DNA from: Escherichia coli
Lineage (GTDB): Bacteria; Pseudomonadota; Gammaproteobacteria; Enterobacterales; Enterobacteriaceae
Assembly (NCBI RefSeq): GCF_011045215.1
Contig: NZ_CP049201.1
DNA length: 64,000 bases
Direction: 5' to 3' (one strand)
Below, piece by piece: positions 10,486 through 21,341 of this stretch (position 1 is its first letter; each line of letters starts with the position of its first letter). A program made the position numbers and the translations under genes. The notes beneath the pieces were generated by a model, which worked only from the letters and a program-made list of their open reading frames with translations, was not told the DNA's origin and made no database searches.

Positions 10486-11530
10486 ATTTCAGCGCCCGAC
10501 GCTGGCAGAAAATATCAGTATGCTCCGTAACGATTTATTCGCCAGGCTGGACGTCAGCGACACGCTCCGGCGCATGGATGAAGACGTGCGGGCAAAGGTG
10601 TATGCGGCGGCGCTGCATACGGTTTACGGTTACATCGATTATCTGGCAATGAACATGCTGCCTGACCTGTGCGATGAGTCCTGGCTGGCGCGACATGCTG
10701 CGATGAAACGGTGTCCGCGCAAGGGGGCCACGGCTGCCAGCGGGTATATGCGCTGGGAAGGTGTCAGCGATGGCCTGAAGGTGACCGCCGGGAGCGTGAT
10801 TCAGCGCGCTGACCTGGTTCAGTACACGGCAACTGCTGATGCAACCAGCTCCGGTGGTGTCCTGCGCGTGCCGATCACTTGCTCAAGTGCAGGCGCGGTC
10901 GGTAACGCTGACGACGGTACGGCATTAATCCTGGTCACGCCGGTGAATGGTCTGCCGTCTTCCGGTGTTGCAGATACCCTGACTGGCGGATTCGATACTG
11001 AAGATCTGGAAACGTGGCGCGCCCGCGTCATTGAGCGGTATTACTGGACGCCTCAGGGCGGGGCTGACGGGGACTATGTCGTCTGGGCTAAAGAAGTGCC
11101 CGGCATTACCCGCGCATGGACATACCGTCACTGGATGGGAACGGGAACTGTCGGTGTGATGATTGCCAGCAGTGACCTGATTAATCCCATTCCGGAAGAA
11201 TCAACGGAAACGGCGGCAAGACAACATATCGGGCCACTGGCCCCGGTGGCAGGCTCTGATTTGTATGTGTTCAGGCCGGTGGCACATACGGTGGATTTTC
11301 ATATCCGCGTGACGCCGGACACACCGGAAATACGGGCTGCCATCACCGCGGAGTTGCGTTCGTTCCTGCTGCGTGATGGTTATCCGCAGGGAGAACTGAA
11401 GGTATCGCGTATCAGTGAGGCGATTTCCGGTGCGAACGGGGAATACAGCCATCAGTTGCTTGCACCGGCAGACAATATCTCCATTGCAAAAAATGAACTG
11501 GCGGTTCTGGGGACGATTTCATGGACGTGA
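10472..11530 (+). CDS. baseplate J-like protein (Mu gp47 / e14 JayE-like)
   Basis: 352 aa; size and sequence character of the baseplate J family. Confidence 0.85.
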   Translation: MADSEFQRPTLAENISMLRNDLFARLDVSDTLRRMDEDVRAKVYAAALHTVYGYIDYLAMNMLPDLCDESWLARHAAMKRCPRKGATAASGYMRWEGVSDGLKVTAGSVIQRADLVQYTATADATSSGGVLRVPITCSSAGAVGNADDGTALILVTPVNGLPSSGVADTLTGGFDTEDLETWRARVIERYYWTPQGGADGDYVVWAKEVPGITRAWTYRHWMGTGTVGVMIASSDLINPIPEESTETAARQHIGPLAPVAGSDLYVFRPVAHTVDFHIRVTPDTPEIRAAITAELRSFLLRDGYPQGELKVSRISEAISGANGEYSHQLLAPADNISIAKNELAVLGTISWT

Positions 11531-12105
11531 CAAACGATGATTACATCCGTCTGTTGTCGGCACTGTTGCCCCCCGGTCCGGCGTGGTCAGCCAGCGATCC
11601 GGCGATTGCCGGTGCGGCACCGTCATTAACCCGTGTTCATCAGCGTGCGGATGCCCTGATGCGGGAGCTGGATCCGCGCACAACCACCGAACTGATAAAC
11701 CGCTGGGAGCGTCTGTGCGGCCTGCCGGATGAATGTATTCCGGCAGGGACGCAGACCCTTCGCCAGCGTCAGCAACGGCTGGATGCGAAGGTTAATCTGG
11801 CGGGCGGCATCAATGAGGATTTTTACCTTGCACAGCTTGCTGCCCTGGGCAGACCAGACGCCACCATCACGCGATACGACAAAAGCACGTTCACCTGCTC
11901 ATCTGCCTGTACTGACGCGGTGAATGCGCCGGAATGGCGGTATTACTGGCAGGTCAACATGCCAGCCGCCACCAACACCACCTGGATGACATGTGGCGAT
12001 CCCTGTGATTCCGCACTGCGTATCTGGGGCGACACCGTAGTCGAGTGTGTGCTTAACAAACTCTGCCCGTCGCATACCTACGTAATTTTTAAATATCCGG
12101 AGTAA
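11521..12105 (+). CDS. YmfQ-like tail protein (DUF2313, Mu gp48-like)
   Basis: 194 aa with a Cys-rich C-terminus; position directly upstream of the tail fibre gene, as in e14. Confidence 0.75.
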   Translation: MDVTNDDYIRLLSALLPPGPAWSASDPAIAGAAPSLTRVHQRADALMRELDPRTTTELINRWERLCGLPDECIPAGTQTLRQRQQRLDAKVNLAGGINEDFYLAQLAALGRPDATITRYDKSTFTCSSACTDAVNAPEWRYYWQVNMPAATNTTWMTCGDPCDSALRIWGDTVVECVLNKLCPSHTYVIFKYPE

Positions 12106-12108
12106 TCC

Positions 12109-12642
12109 ATGCATCGTATAGACACGAAAACCGCGCAGAAGGATAAGTTCGGCGCGGGTAAGAACGGTTTTACCCGTGGTAACCCCCAGACCGGCACACC
12201 TGCCACCGATCTGGATGATGACTACTTTGACATGTTGCAGGAGGAGCTTTGCAGCGTGGTGGAGGCATCCGGTACCAGCCTGGAGAAGGGGAGGCATGAC
12301 CAGTTGCTTACCGCACTTCGCGCGCTGCTGTTAAGCCGCAAGAATCCGTTTGGCGATATCAAATCGGACGGCACGGTGAAAACGGCTCTCGAAAACCTTG
12401 GTTTGGGAGAAGCGGCAAAACGGGATGTGGGGACAGGGGAAAATCAGATACCGGACATGGCCTCTTTTGCCAGTGGTGATGGATGGATGAAATTACCCAA
12501 CGGGAAAATCCTGCAATATGGTCGTGGTGCGGTTACGCCGACATTATCGACGCAAACAATGAGAATTACATTCAGCATCCCTTTTCCTAAAAAGTGGACT
12601 GCGCCATGCTTACTCATTCTGGTGATGGTGGTGCGCCTTTAG
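12109..12642 (+). CDS. tail fibre protein: constant N-terminal part fused to the currently selected short variable C-terminal part
   Basis: 177 aa; contains the left crossover site encoding ...ENLGLGE...; the variable part may carry a frameshift near 12585-12600 (alternative frame reads ...[26 protein letters not shown]). Confidence 0.7.
   Translation: MHRIDTKTAQKDKFGAGKNGFTRGNPQTGTPATDLDDDYFDMLQEELCSVVEASGTSLEKGRHDQLLTALRALLLSRKNPFGDIKSDGTVKTALENLGLGEAAKRDVGTGENQIPDMASFASGDGWMKLPNGKILQYGRGAVTPTLSTQTMRITFSIPFPKKWTAPCLLILVMVVRL
12386..12411. repeat. left crossover site of the Pin-type invertible segment
   Basis: CTCTCGAAAACCTTGGTTTGGGAGAA: fits the Gin/Hin/Pin site form (TTNTCNNAAACC-NN-GGTTT...); inverted copy of the site at 14288-14313 (17/18 identical in the shared half). 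Confidence 0.7.
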
Positions 12643-12791
12643 GTGCTGGGCGGGGATTCGTGATGACCGCAGAAGGCCCAACATTAACCTGTTTTTAATT
12701 CCGCTTACAGAACTGCATCAACCAGTTCCACAGTATCGATGAATTACAGTTGGTGGGCTGTTGGTGAGTAATTTTATTCAGGGTGATTTAT

Positions 12792-13235
12792 ATGAACGAA
12801 TATGTTTATAGCGCAAGGAATAATGCTTTTTCCCTGTGGATATGATTGATAAATATAAATCAGAGGGATGGGATTTATCAGATGCAAAGGAGGTGAATCA
12901 AAATATTATCAGTGAGTTTATGGCTGAACCGCCACAAGGAAAAATCCGTATTGCCGGAGATGATGGGATGCCTGCGTGGGCAGATATTCCTCCACCCACG
13001 CATGAAGAGCTTATTGAAATTACTGAATCAGAAAGACAGCTACTAATTAACCGGGCCAACGAATACATGAACAGTAAATCTGTGGCCCGGTAAAGCCGCT
13101 ATTGGTCGTCTGAAAGATGATGAACTGGCGCAATATAATTTGTGGCTGGATTATCTGGACGCACTGGAGCTGATCGATACTTCCGGTGCGCCAGATATTG
13201 AATGGCCTACGCCTCCGGCAGTTCAGGCCAGATGA
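12792..13235 (+). pseudogene. tail fibre assembly protein (Tfa) disrupted by two frameshifts
   Basis: N-terminus MNEYVYSARNNAFSLWI* (12792-12845), middle segment in ORF 12836-13093, C-terminus ...AAIGRLKDDELAQYNLWLDYLDALELIDTSGAPDIEWPTPPA in a third frame ending at 13233-13235. Confidence 0.55.
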
Positions 13236-13809
13236 CATCCGGCGCGGTGCTGGTATCTGTTGCCGTCACCGCGTCAATGTAATCCAGCACAGCGTTAAGG
13301 CGGGTTGTTTCTGCCTGCGTCAGATTCCGTCCGGCCTGTAATTTCAGTTGAATCAGACTGATGGAGGCCATTGCAGTATGAATCAGCGACTGGCGCAGTG
13401 CTTCTGCTGCATCTACTGCTGCGCCGTGCTGTGCCTCGGTATCTGTCACCCATTTCTCACCATTCCATTTATCGTATGGCGTTAACGGGGCGATAGTGGT
13501 TGTATTTTCAGGATAATCACCCGGAGCTGTGATTTTTTCGATTCTCCTGTTTCGGTGCTATAGACGATTTCACCACGATGATCTGGCACATATTCCCATG
13601 AATTTAAATCTACAGAGCGACAGATTGCATAACCAGCTTTATGTGTAATAAGCATCCAAACAAGAACATGCCGGGATACCGACGCCGACAGCGAGATATT
13701 CAGTTGATGTAGAAATATATTCACGCGTTTCACCATCATAATTATAAATGATAATGTCTCCCGCTTTTATGGCAATGAGTTCACTATTTAATACAGCTTT
13801 ATTCATCAT
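13207..13809 (-). pseudogene. second tail fibre assembly protein (Tfa') disrupted by two frameshifts
   Basis: Starts ATG at 13809 overlapping the fibre stop (ATGA); frame switches near 13640-13660 and inside the T6/A6 tract at 13533-13538; C-terminus ...RLNAVLDYIDAVTATDTSTAPDVIWPELPEA. Confidence 0.55.
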
Positions 13810-14313
13810 GCAGCCCTCACAATATAATTAAAGGCGATGTTACGTGGACGATTTTCATTTGCTGTTGGAACAACATTTGCCGCCGAGAAGTGAACATCTT
13901 GTCGGATTTTTCGGTCATTAGCGTATGTCATAGACACATTGATGTTATTCCGGACTGAGGTACCTCCGTAAAAGCCCCACTCACACTTTGAACATCGACA
14001 ATTGCATTAATTTCGCTGTTTACGCGCAACTGACCAAAACCGCCAGTAATGTTTCGAATAGCATCTCCTTGCGATGAAAGCAGAGTTCGCCCACTATCCA
14101 CACCACGTTCATCATCCCATCCACGAATAAATTCACCGCGTAAATCAGGCAATTTATTTGTCGGGTAAGCCTTTGCCAGTTCCGGGTATTCTTCAGCAGA
14201 AAAAGCCGCACCATTGCATTTCAGCCAGCCTGTTGGCGGAGTGGCTGAAGGCCACGGAACAGGCACCCCAACCCCACATGCTGAGCCTTCTCCCAAACCA
14301 ACGTTTATGAAAA
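13806..14313 (-). pseudogene. alternative tail-fibre variable C-terminal segment (promoterless; joins the constant part after inversion), frameshifted
   Basis: Begins in frame at the right crossover site (...FINVGLGE...); main frame stops at 13928-13930, while the conserved fibre terminus ...EWGFYGGTSVRNNINVSMTYANDRKIRQDVHFSAANVVPTANENRPRNIAFNYIVRAA lies in another frame ending at 13806-13808. Confidence 0.55.
14288..14313. repeat. right crossover site of the Pin-type invertible segment
   Basis: TTCTCCCAAACCAACGTTTATGAAAA; inverted relative to 12386-12411; 55 bp upstream of the invertase start. Confidence 0.7.
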
Positions 14314-14367
14314 TGCAGAAATAACGAGCAAATGGCATCATTCCTGCTTTTGTCAGGGAGATCTACC

Positions 14368-15850
<1,483 letters not shown>

Positions 15851-15930
15851 CTAACCCTTTGAATTTACATAGCGCAAAAAGATACCTTTCCTCATAATGT
15901 GAGCTAATTTTATGTTTCGTTTGATGATCG

Positions 15931-15993
15931 GGTCGGTCTCGAAAACCGGAGTAGGGGCAACTCTACCGGGGTTCAAATCCCCCTCTCTCGCCA
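15931..15993 (+). tRNA. partial tRNA-Ser 3' fragment (serU-like anticodon/T-arm/acceptor 3' strand; pseudo-tRNA, probable prophage att core)
   Basis: GGTCTCGAAAACCGGAGTAGGGGCAACTCTACCGGGGTTCAAATCCCCCTCTCTCGCCA matches the 3' two-thirds of tRNA-Ser as recalled; the 5' acceptor/D-arm is absent. Confidence 0.6.
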
Positions 15994-16571
15994 CTTTATC
16001 AATGACTTATCTCCCGACTTCCCGTCTTGCTTTTCCTAAACAGAACAATCGTAGAATATTCTTGAAGGGTTAGATCGTCACTGTTTTCTGTTCGATACTG
16101 TGACATTCAGCACTTGATTCGCTATGGATCTGACAGGAAGGTTTTGAGCGAAAATCTGCAGTTATTCAGTCGTTTTCTTATCGGTCACCATTATTCTTTT
16201 AGACATTGATCCTACAAAGCTGCCGCAAAGTTGGTGGTGGGAACTGAAGTTGCGTAGAGAAGGGGTCAATACCCGGAGGCAAACATGGGCTGGCAAAAGT
16301 GTAGCGGTATTAGGCGCAGCTATTTAGCCTAGTTATGTTTTATGAAAACTTGATATCATATAAGTGTCTTACTTATTGGCTGTAAATAAGTTTTTCTAAG
16401 GAATTGTTTCTTGAGTATCATTTGTAACTGTAACGGAATTTATAATCCTTTGCTTTATTGTTACGGTATTTTTATCACACCCTATTTTTAGTGGTTTTTA
16501 TACTGAAGTTTGGCAAAGTGAACTTTATATACATATACTTCATCCTGTTTCAGTTAAATTGGGTGGATGAT

Positions 16572-17315
16572 ATGGCAACTACATGTTCAGTTATATTGAT
16601 TTTGGAGTCCTTTGATGTTTATTTCGGAAAAGAGAGTGTGTTTCTGGAGAGAGGTTCATCTGTACTTGTCGACTCTAGCTCTAGAGATTTTTTCCTGACA
16701 TATCCTGAAAGAGTGATAGTGGCGGATTTTGGCGCTGAGTTTATTAGTCGCTATTTGAAAGCTAATAACTTAAGGGATATTTCTGATTGTAGGGAATATC
16801 CATCTTATTTAAAAATAAACTTTGCTGACTTCAGTTTAATTAAAGGATTAATTAGTTGGGCTAATCACTGTGCTGAATACATAGAAATTTTTGATGAGTC
16901 TATTGCTTTTACATGTCTCTCTGCATTTTCTTCTGAAAAACAATTTGGAGTATTTCTGTTTGGATGTTTGAAAAGCACAGGGGCTAAAGTTAAAACGATT
17001 ATTCATACGGATTTATCTGCACCATGGCGTCTTAAGGATATATCATCAAGATTATATCTCAGCGAAAGTTTACTAAAGAGGAAATTGAAAGAAGAGGGGG
17101 TATCATTCAGTAAGATCATACTTGATGAGAGGATGCAAATGGCTGAATATTTACTCAGCACTCGTTGTTATCCTATTAGTAAAGTAGCTAAGGTCTGTGG
17201 TTATGCCAGTGTCTCATACTTTACTTATGTATTTAGACGTTATTTTGGTGTTTCTCCAAGTCAATACTCTCAGAGGAGTTCAGAAAGTAAAATTCTTACT
17301 CACCAGGGAATCTGA
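16572..17315 (+). CDS. AraC-family transcriptional regulator (AppY/EnvY/Rns-like)
   Basis: C-terminal HTH ...ISKVAKVCGYASVSYFTYVFRRYFGVSPSQY; N-terminus MATTCSVILILESFD aligns with the AppY start MDYVCSVVFICQSFD; AT-rich gene; the first 38 codons of track ORF 16458 are rejected. Confidence 0.8.
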   Translation: MATTCSVILILESFDVYFGKESVFLERGSSVLVDSSSRDFFLTYPERVIVADFGAEFISRYLKANNLRDISDCREYPSYLKINFADFSLIKGLISWANHCAEYIEIFDESIAFTCLSAFSSEKQFGVFLFGCLKSTGAKVKTIIHTDLSAPWRLKDISSRLYLSESLLKRKLKEEGVSFSKIILDERMQMAEYLLSTRCYPISKVAKVCGYASVSYFTYVFRRYFGVSPSQYSQRSSESKILTHQGI

Positions 17316-17321
17316 TCATTG

Positions 17322-17790
17322 TTCTTGCCCCCTTATTTCCAGACAGGGGGTGTATCTTAAGTTAACGTTACCCGCTGACGTCGATATTCTCGCGGAGAGC
17401 GATAACCCAACGCACTGTGCGGATGGTTTTCATTGTAATGTTCGATCGCCACTGCAAGATTATGCAATGCCGTTCTTACATTCGGTTTCGGCATGAACGC
17501 GATGTAGTCTTCCTTCATCGTTTTCACGAACCTTTCTGCAATTCCATTACTCTGAGGACTGCTGATTGCCGTTGTGCAGGGCTCCAGATTCAACTCTCTG
17601 GCGAACTGCCGTGTTTCATGCGCTCTATACGCTGAACCGTTATCTGTCAGCCACTGGATGGACTGTTCCGGTACTTTATCGCCAAAGCGTTTTTCTATCG
17701 CTCCTAACATGACATCCTGCACTGTCGCTTTATCGTAACCTCCCGTGCTTGCGGCCCAGTCTATGGCTTCACGATCGCAACAGTCCAGGG
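17322..17790 (-). mobile_element. IS2 remnant (terminal inverted repeat plus 3' part of the transposase gene; truncated)
   Basis: TTGCCCCCTTATTTCCAGACA end sequence at about 17326-17350; ORF 17357-17722 encodes an IS3-family integrase-core C-terminus (...[17 protein letters not shown]...); only about 0.45 kb of a 1.3-kb element is present. Right boundary is approximate. Confidence 0.55.
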
Positions 17791-18069
17791 CGATTCATCT
17801 GGGCCAATCCTCGCTCATAACAGGCATTCACTTCAGTCATGGCAGAAAGGTATGCATGCTGGAGAAGTCGTGAAAGAAAAGAAGACTGCTGCGCCGTTTG
17901 TCGTCACGTTTATCTTCATTGGCTATGCAAGTCGTAATACAAGGTGGGACAAAACTGAGACACATAAGGCCTCGCAATGGCTTGCAAGGCTTTACATGTT
18001 TTGATGTGGTGGGACGTGTGAGCGCAGTGTTGATGGGGTAATGCTTTGAATTAGAAGCGGATTCTTATA

Positions 18070-18115
18070 ATTCGTAATGCGAAGGTCGTAGGTTCGACTC
18101 CTATTATCGGCACCA
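18070..18115 (+). tRNA. partial tRNA-Thr (thrW) 3' fragment (pseudo-tRNA / att core)
   Basis: ATTCGTAATGCGAAGGTCGTAGGTTCGACTCCTATTATCGGCACCA equals the 3' 46 nt of thrW as recalled; the 5' half is replaced by unrelated sequence. Confidence 0.7.
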
Positions 18116-18280
18116 TTTCAACGTCTTTTCCCGTCTATTAAAATCCAAAAAACCCGCATATACTCTAGCTTTGAGCGCCCCCGATAGTGTTTTAACGTCT
18201 ATCAATATCTCCTAAAATCCACGTCTTTTGGGGGTATATTCGGGGGTATATGCTGTGTGGGCTACTGGAGATACCCCCAA

Positions 18281-19471
18281 ATGAAACTAAATGCCCGTCA
18301 GGTCGATACGGCCAAACCGAAAGAAAAACCCTATAAACTGGCCGATGGTGGTGGGCTTTATCTGCTTGTTAATCCCAATGGTTCCCGGTACTGGCGTTTA
18401 AAGTACCGGGTAGCCGGAAAAGAAAAGCTGTTGGCGCTGGGGGTATATCCCGATGTAACCCTGGCTGATGCCAGGGCGAAACGAGATGAGGCCAAAAGGG
18501 GTATGGCTGGGGGGATCGACCCGAACGAAGCGAAGCGGGAAGAAAAATTGAACCGCGAAGCGCAAATCAAAAACACCTTCGAAGAAATCGCCAGAGAGTG
18601 GCATACAGAACGGCAGAAGAAATGGTCTGAGGGGTACGCCTCGGACATTCTGGAAGCATTCAGTAAAGACATATTCCCTTGGATTGGAAAACGCCCCATC
18701 ACGGAAATAAAGCCCCTTGATTTGCTGAATACGCTTAAACGCATCGAGAATAGGGGAGCGACTGAAAAGGCCCGTAAGGTTCGCCAGTGGTGCGGGGAGG
18801 TCTGGAAGTATGCGATCGTTACCGCCCGCGCAGAATATAACCCCGCCCCTGATCTATCTGTGGCTATGGAAGGACACGAAGGGGAGCACTTCCCCCATCT
18901 GGAAGCCGAAGAGTTACCCGAATTTTTCCAGACGCTGGCGACGGCAAAAAGTAACGTTCAGGTTATTTTGGGGCTGCGTCTGCTTATTCTTGTGGGGTTA
19001 CGTCCGGTTGAATTACGCGCGGCCCCGTGGTCAGAGATTGATTTTGATAATGCCTTGTGGGAGATCCCCAAAGAGCGAATGAAGAAAAGACGTCCGCACG
19101 TTGTCCCGCTTTCTCGCCAGGCTATGGTTATTCTCGGGCAATTAAAAGAGTTGTCGGGCCGCAATCCTTTCATTTTTCCGGGCCGGAACGACCCGCGAAA
19201 GCCAATGAGTGAAGGAGCAATTAATCAGCTAATAAAGCGACTCGGGTATAAGGGCAAAGCTTGCGGGCATGGTTTCCGACATACCATGAGCACAATTTTG
19301 TATGAGAAAGGGTATAACACCGAATGGATCGAAACCCAGCTTGCACATGTTGATAAAAATACCATCCGTGGCACATATAATCATGCCCGCTATCTGGATG
19401 GACGCCGGGAAATGCTTCAATGGTATGCCGACTATATGGAATCGCTGGCGAGTGGCAGGGTAAAAGATTAG
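18281..19471 (+). CDS. P4-type tyrosine integrase
   Basis: MKLNARQVDTAKPKEKPYKLADGGGLYLLVNPNGSRYWRLKYR... is the canonical P4/CP4 integrase N-terminus; C-terminal HxxR...Y catalytic region present; lies 165 bp after the thrW fragment. Confidence 0.9.
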   Translation: MKLNARQVDTAKPKEKPYKLADGGGLYLLVNPNGSRYWRLKYRVAGKEKLLALGVYPDVTLADARAKRDEAKRGMAGGIDPNEAKREEKLNREAQIKNTFEEIAREWHTERQKKWSEGYASDILEAFSKDIFPWIGKRPITEIKPLDLLNTLKRIENRGATEKARKVRQWCGEVWKYAIVTARAEYNPAPDLSVAMEGHEGEHFPHLEAEELPEFFQTLATAKSNVQVILGLRLLILVGLRPVELRAAPWSEIDFDNALWEIPKERMKKRRPHVVPLSRQAMVILGQLKELSGRNPFIFPGRNDPRKPMSEGAINQLIKRLGYKGKACGHGFRHTMSTILYEKGYNTEWIETQLAHVDKNTIRGTYNHARYLDGRREMLQWYADYMESLASGRVKD

Positions 19472-19511
19472 AGAAGGTCTAAGACGGGAATACCGCTAAA
19501 TTAGATGTTAG

Positions 19512-19547
19512 GCGTGGACACTCAGCATCCACGCTTAAACTTTTTAT
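19512..19547 (+). terminator. rho-independent terminator of the integrase gene
   Basis: GCGTGGA-(9 nt)-TCCACGC hairpin followed by a T-rich tract (TTAAACTTTTTATT). Confidence 0.6.
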
Positions 19548-20041
19548 TATCATTTTCAATGAATTATGATTTTGGAAATTTTATAAAAAACACCAAGATT
19601 ACTAATCTATTGATTAATATGAAATATTTCTTTTTTTGATTATTAATTGTGCTCTTGATTGTTGTTTTTATGGTGTTAATTTATAAAAATCTTATTTATA
19701 GGAATTAACATTATATAGTTGGCACTTTTTGCTAAAATCTGTTTTTATTGTGTTTTATTTTTATTTCATTTTTGTTGTTGTTTGTTTGATTTTTAGTGTC
19801 TTTATATCTGGCTAATTGATTTCACTCAAACCATAAATCCTTTCAGAGGCTTCTAGAGTCTTCCTGAGGCTTAAATTGACTTAACTAAAAGTCAAGCCCC
19901 ACATCCCACATACATCTTTTTGACATGCACTTATGGCGTGAATAACAATGACTTCATCCAATCTACAGGCATCCTATAAAGTCAATGTCTGTATATAGAA
20001 AGATATTACATAACGTTTGAATGTTAATAGCGGGTGTGAAT

Positions 20042-20260
20042 ATGAGAAATGATGCAATGCAGCTTTTAAACCAGGGAAAAAGATTGATCCGCCTGCCTGA
20101 AGTTATGATGCTTACGGGGCGGTGTCGCGCCAGTATTTATAAAGATATCAATGCAAATGTCTTTCCAAAGCCGATTAAAACCGGCCCGCGTTCTGTCGCA
20201 TGGGTTGAGGGTGAGATCAGCGACTGGATCGACAACAAAATCAAAGAGCGCAAAGTGTAA
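20042..20260 (+). CDS. alpA: AlpA-family phage regulatory protein (excisionase-like)
   Basis: ...RLIRLPEVMMLTGRCRASIYKDINANVFPKPIKTGPRSVAWVEGEISDWI... matches the AlpA pattern; start is ambiguous (20042 or 20057). Confidence 0.75.
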   Translation: MRNDAMQLLNQGKRLIRLPEVMMLTGRCRASIYKDINANVFPKPIKTGPRSVAWVEGEISDWIDNKIKERKV

Positions 20261-20459
20261 ATCTGATTTTATTCAGAGATGAATATGATTTATTTGAATG
20301 CTAAGGATTTTGTGTATTCTTTTTGTTGTAAATACTCGTAGCATGGGGAGTTGGCAGTATTTATTCAGTATTAGGTTAAGTAGTGATAAAATACCAGGTA
20401 ATGCCGGTTTATGCAGTGTTTAATATATTTGTTGCTGGCGAAAATTTACGGAAAATTAA

Positions 20460-21332
20460 ATGAACATTACTGATATTATCAGCCATCGCGTATATCGTGA
20501 TGCGGATCTTGCTGTCATTAATAACACGGCATTTATTCAGCCTTATGACGGTTGTCACCGTGGGTTGTATGAAATGCGCGTTATTGAACTTTATCGCCTG
20601 AATAAAATGATGCACCTTACCCACGAATATAAATCTATTTCCGGGGAAAGCGTAGGCATTCCGGCGACTAAAGAGGAACTGTTTACACTGGTTAATAAAG
20701 GGCATGAACTTTGCCAGTCTGAACGGGAAAAGCTGGCGGCACTTGAAGCAGAATTGCAGCGTCTGCCAAGCCCGGCTGTAATTCCTGCGCCGCAGACGAT
20801 TAAAGAAGCACAGCAGGCCCGTAAATCACTAGAAGATGAAAGATACAGACTGCATCACGCAGCAATTAAAAATCAAGTCAAAGCACAGCAGGAAGAGTTA
20901 TCCATCAGACAAAACATTCTGGAATTGCTCGCGCCGGTTATTGATGTGTTGTTGGCCGTGGAAGATGTGGAACTGCTCGATCTGCGCCGTTCCCTGCCTA
21001 AGTCATCCCTCGATGCTAAGGCATTCAAAAAGGCGATTTCTGAAATTGAGTGTGCTGACCTTGCCTGGCAGAAAATGGATAAACTGGAGATTGCCCTTAA
21101 CAAGGTGGTGAACAACTGCACATATCGCCCGGAAGGAAGCATTAATCCCCGTTTTGTTAACCCTCTTAATGAAGATAAGCGGGAACGCGCCGAAATATCA
21201 CGCGATTATTACAGCTCTGAAATGGCCTTTATTCATACGGTGATGAGTGCAGATGAATATTTAAATTATATGTTGCCGATCCGTCACCAGCAGCGCGCGC
21301 AACGACTCACATTAGAAAGAAATATCAACTAA
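20460..21332 (+). CDS. hypothetical coiled-coil protein (possible capsid scaffold / size-determination factor)
   Basis: 290 aa with a long Gln/Glu/Leu-rich heptad-like central region; immediately upstream of, and on the same strand as, the capsid-like gene. Confidence 0.45.
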   Translation: MNITDIISHRVYRDADLAVINNTAFIQPYDGCHRGLYEMRVIELYRLNKMMHLTHEYKSISGESVGIPATKEELFTLVNKGHELCQSEREKLAALEAELQRLPSPAVIPAPQTIKEAQQARKSLEDERYRLHHAAIKNQVKAQQEELSIRQNILELLAPVIDVLLAVEDVELLDLRRSLPKSSLDAKAFKKAISEIECADLAWQKMDKLEIALNKVVNNCTYRPEGSINPRFVNPLNEDKRERAEISRDYYSSEMAFIHTVMSADEYLNYMLPIRHQQRAQRLTLERNIN

Positions 21333-21341
21333 GGAAGAATT

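Larger units (their letters stand above)
12400..14300. other. invertible tail-fibre segment (G/P-segment-like), about 1.9 kb
   Basis: Bounded by the inverted 26-bp sites; contains convergent tfa genes and an alternative fibre C-terminus on the opposite strand; invertase gene lies immediately outside. Confidence 0.7.

Noticed and set aside
13482-13739. 85-aa minus-strand ORF as an independent gene
   Set aside because: It is the middle, frame-shifted section of the second tail fibre assembly gene: its sequence continues the Tfa N-terminus and joins the Tfa C-terminus across a homopolymer.
14332-14367. Upstream in-frame ATG as the invertase start
   Set aside because: The conserved Gin/Pin N-terminus begins MLIGYVRVS at 14368; the upstream codons would overlap the crossover-site region.
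15931-15993. Possible complete tRNA-Ser gene
   Set aside because: Only the anticodon-to-3'-end portion is present and the 5' acceptor/D-arm is replaced by AT-rich sequence; the same applies to the thrW fragment at 18070-18115.
16458-16571. Extended N-terminus of the AraC-family ORF
   Set aside because: The 38 upstream codons are AT-rich read-through (FLVVFILKFGKVNFIYIYF...); the downstream Met aligns with the AppY/EnvY N-terminus.
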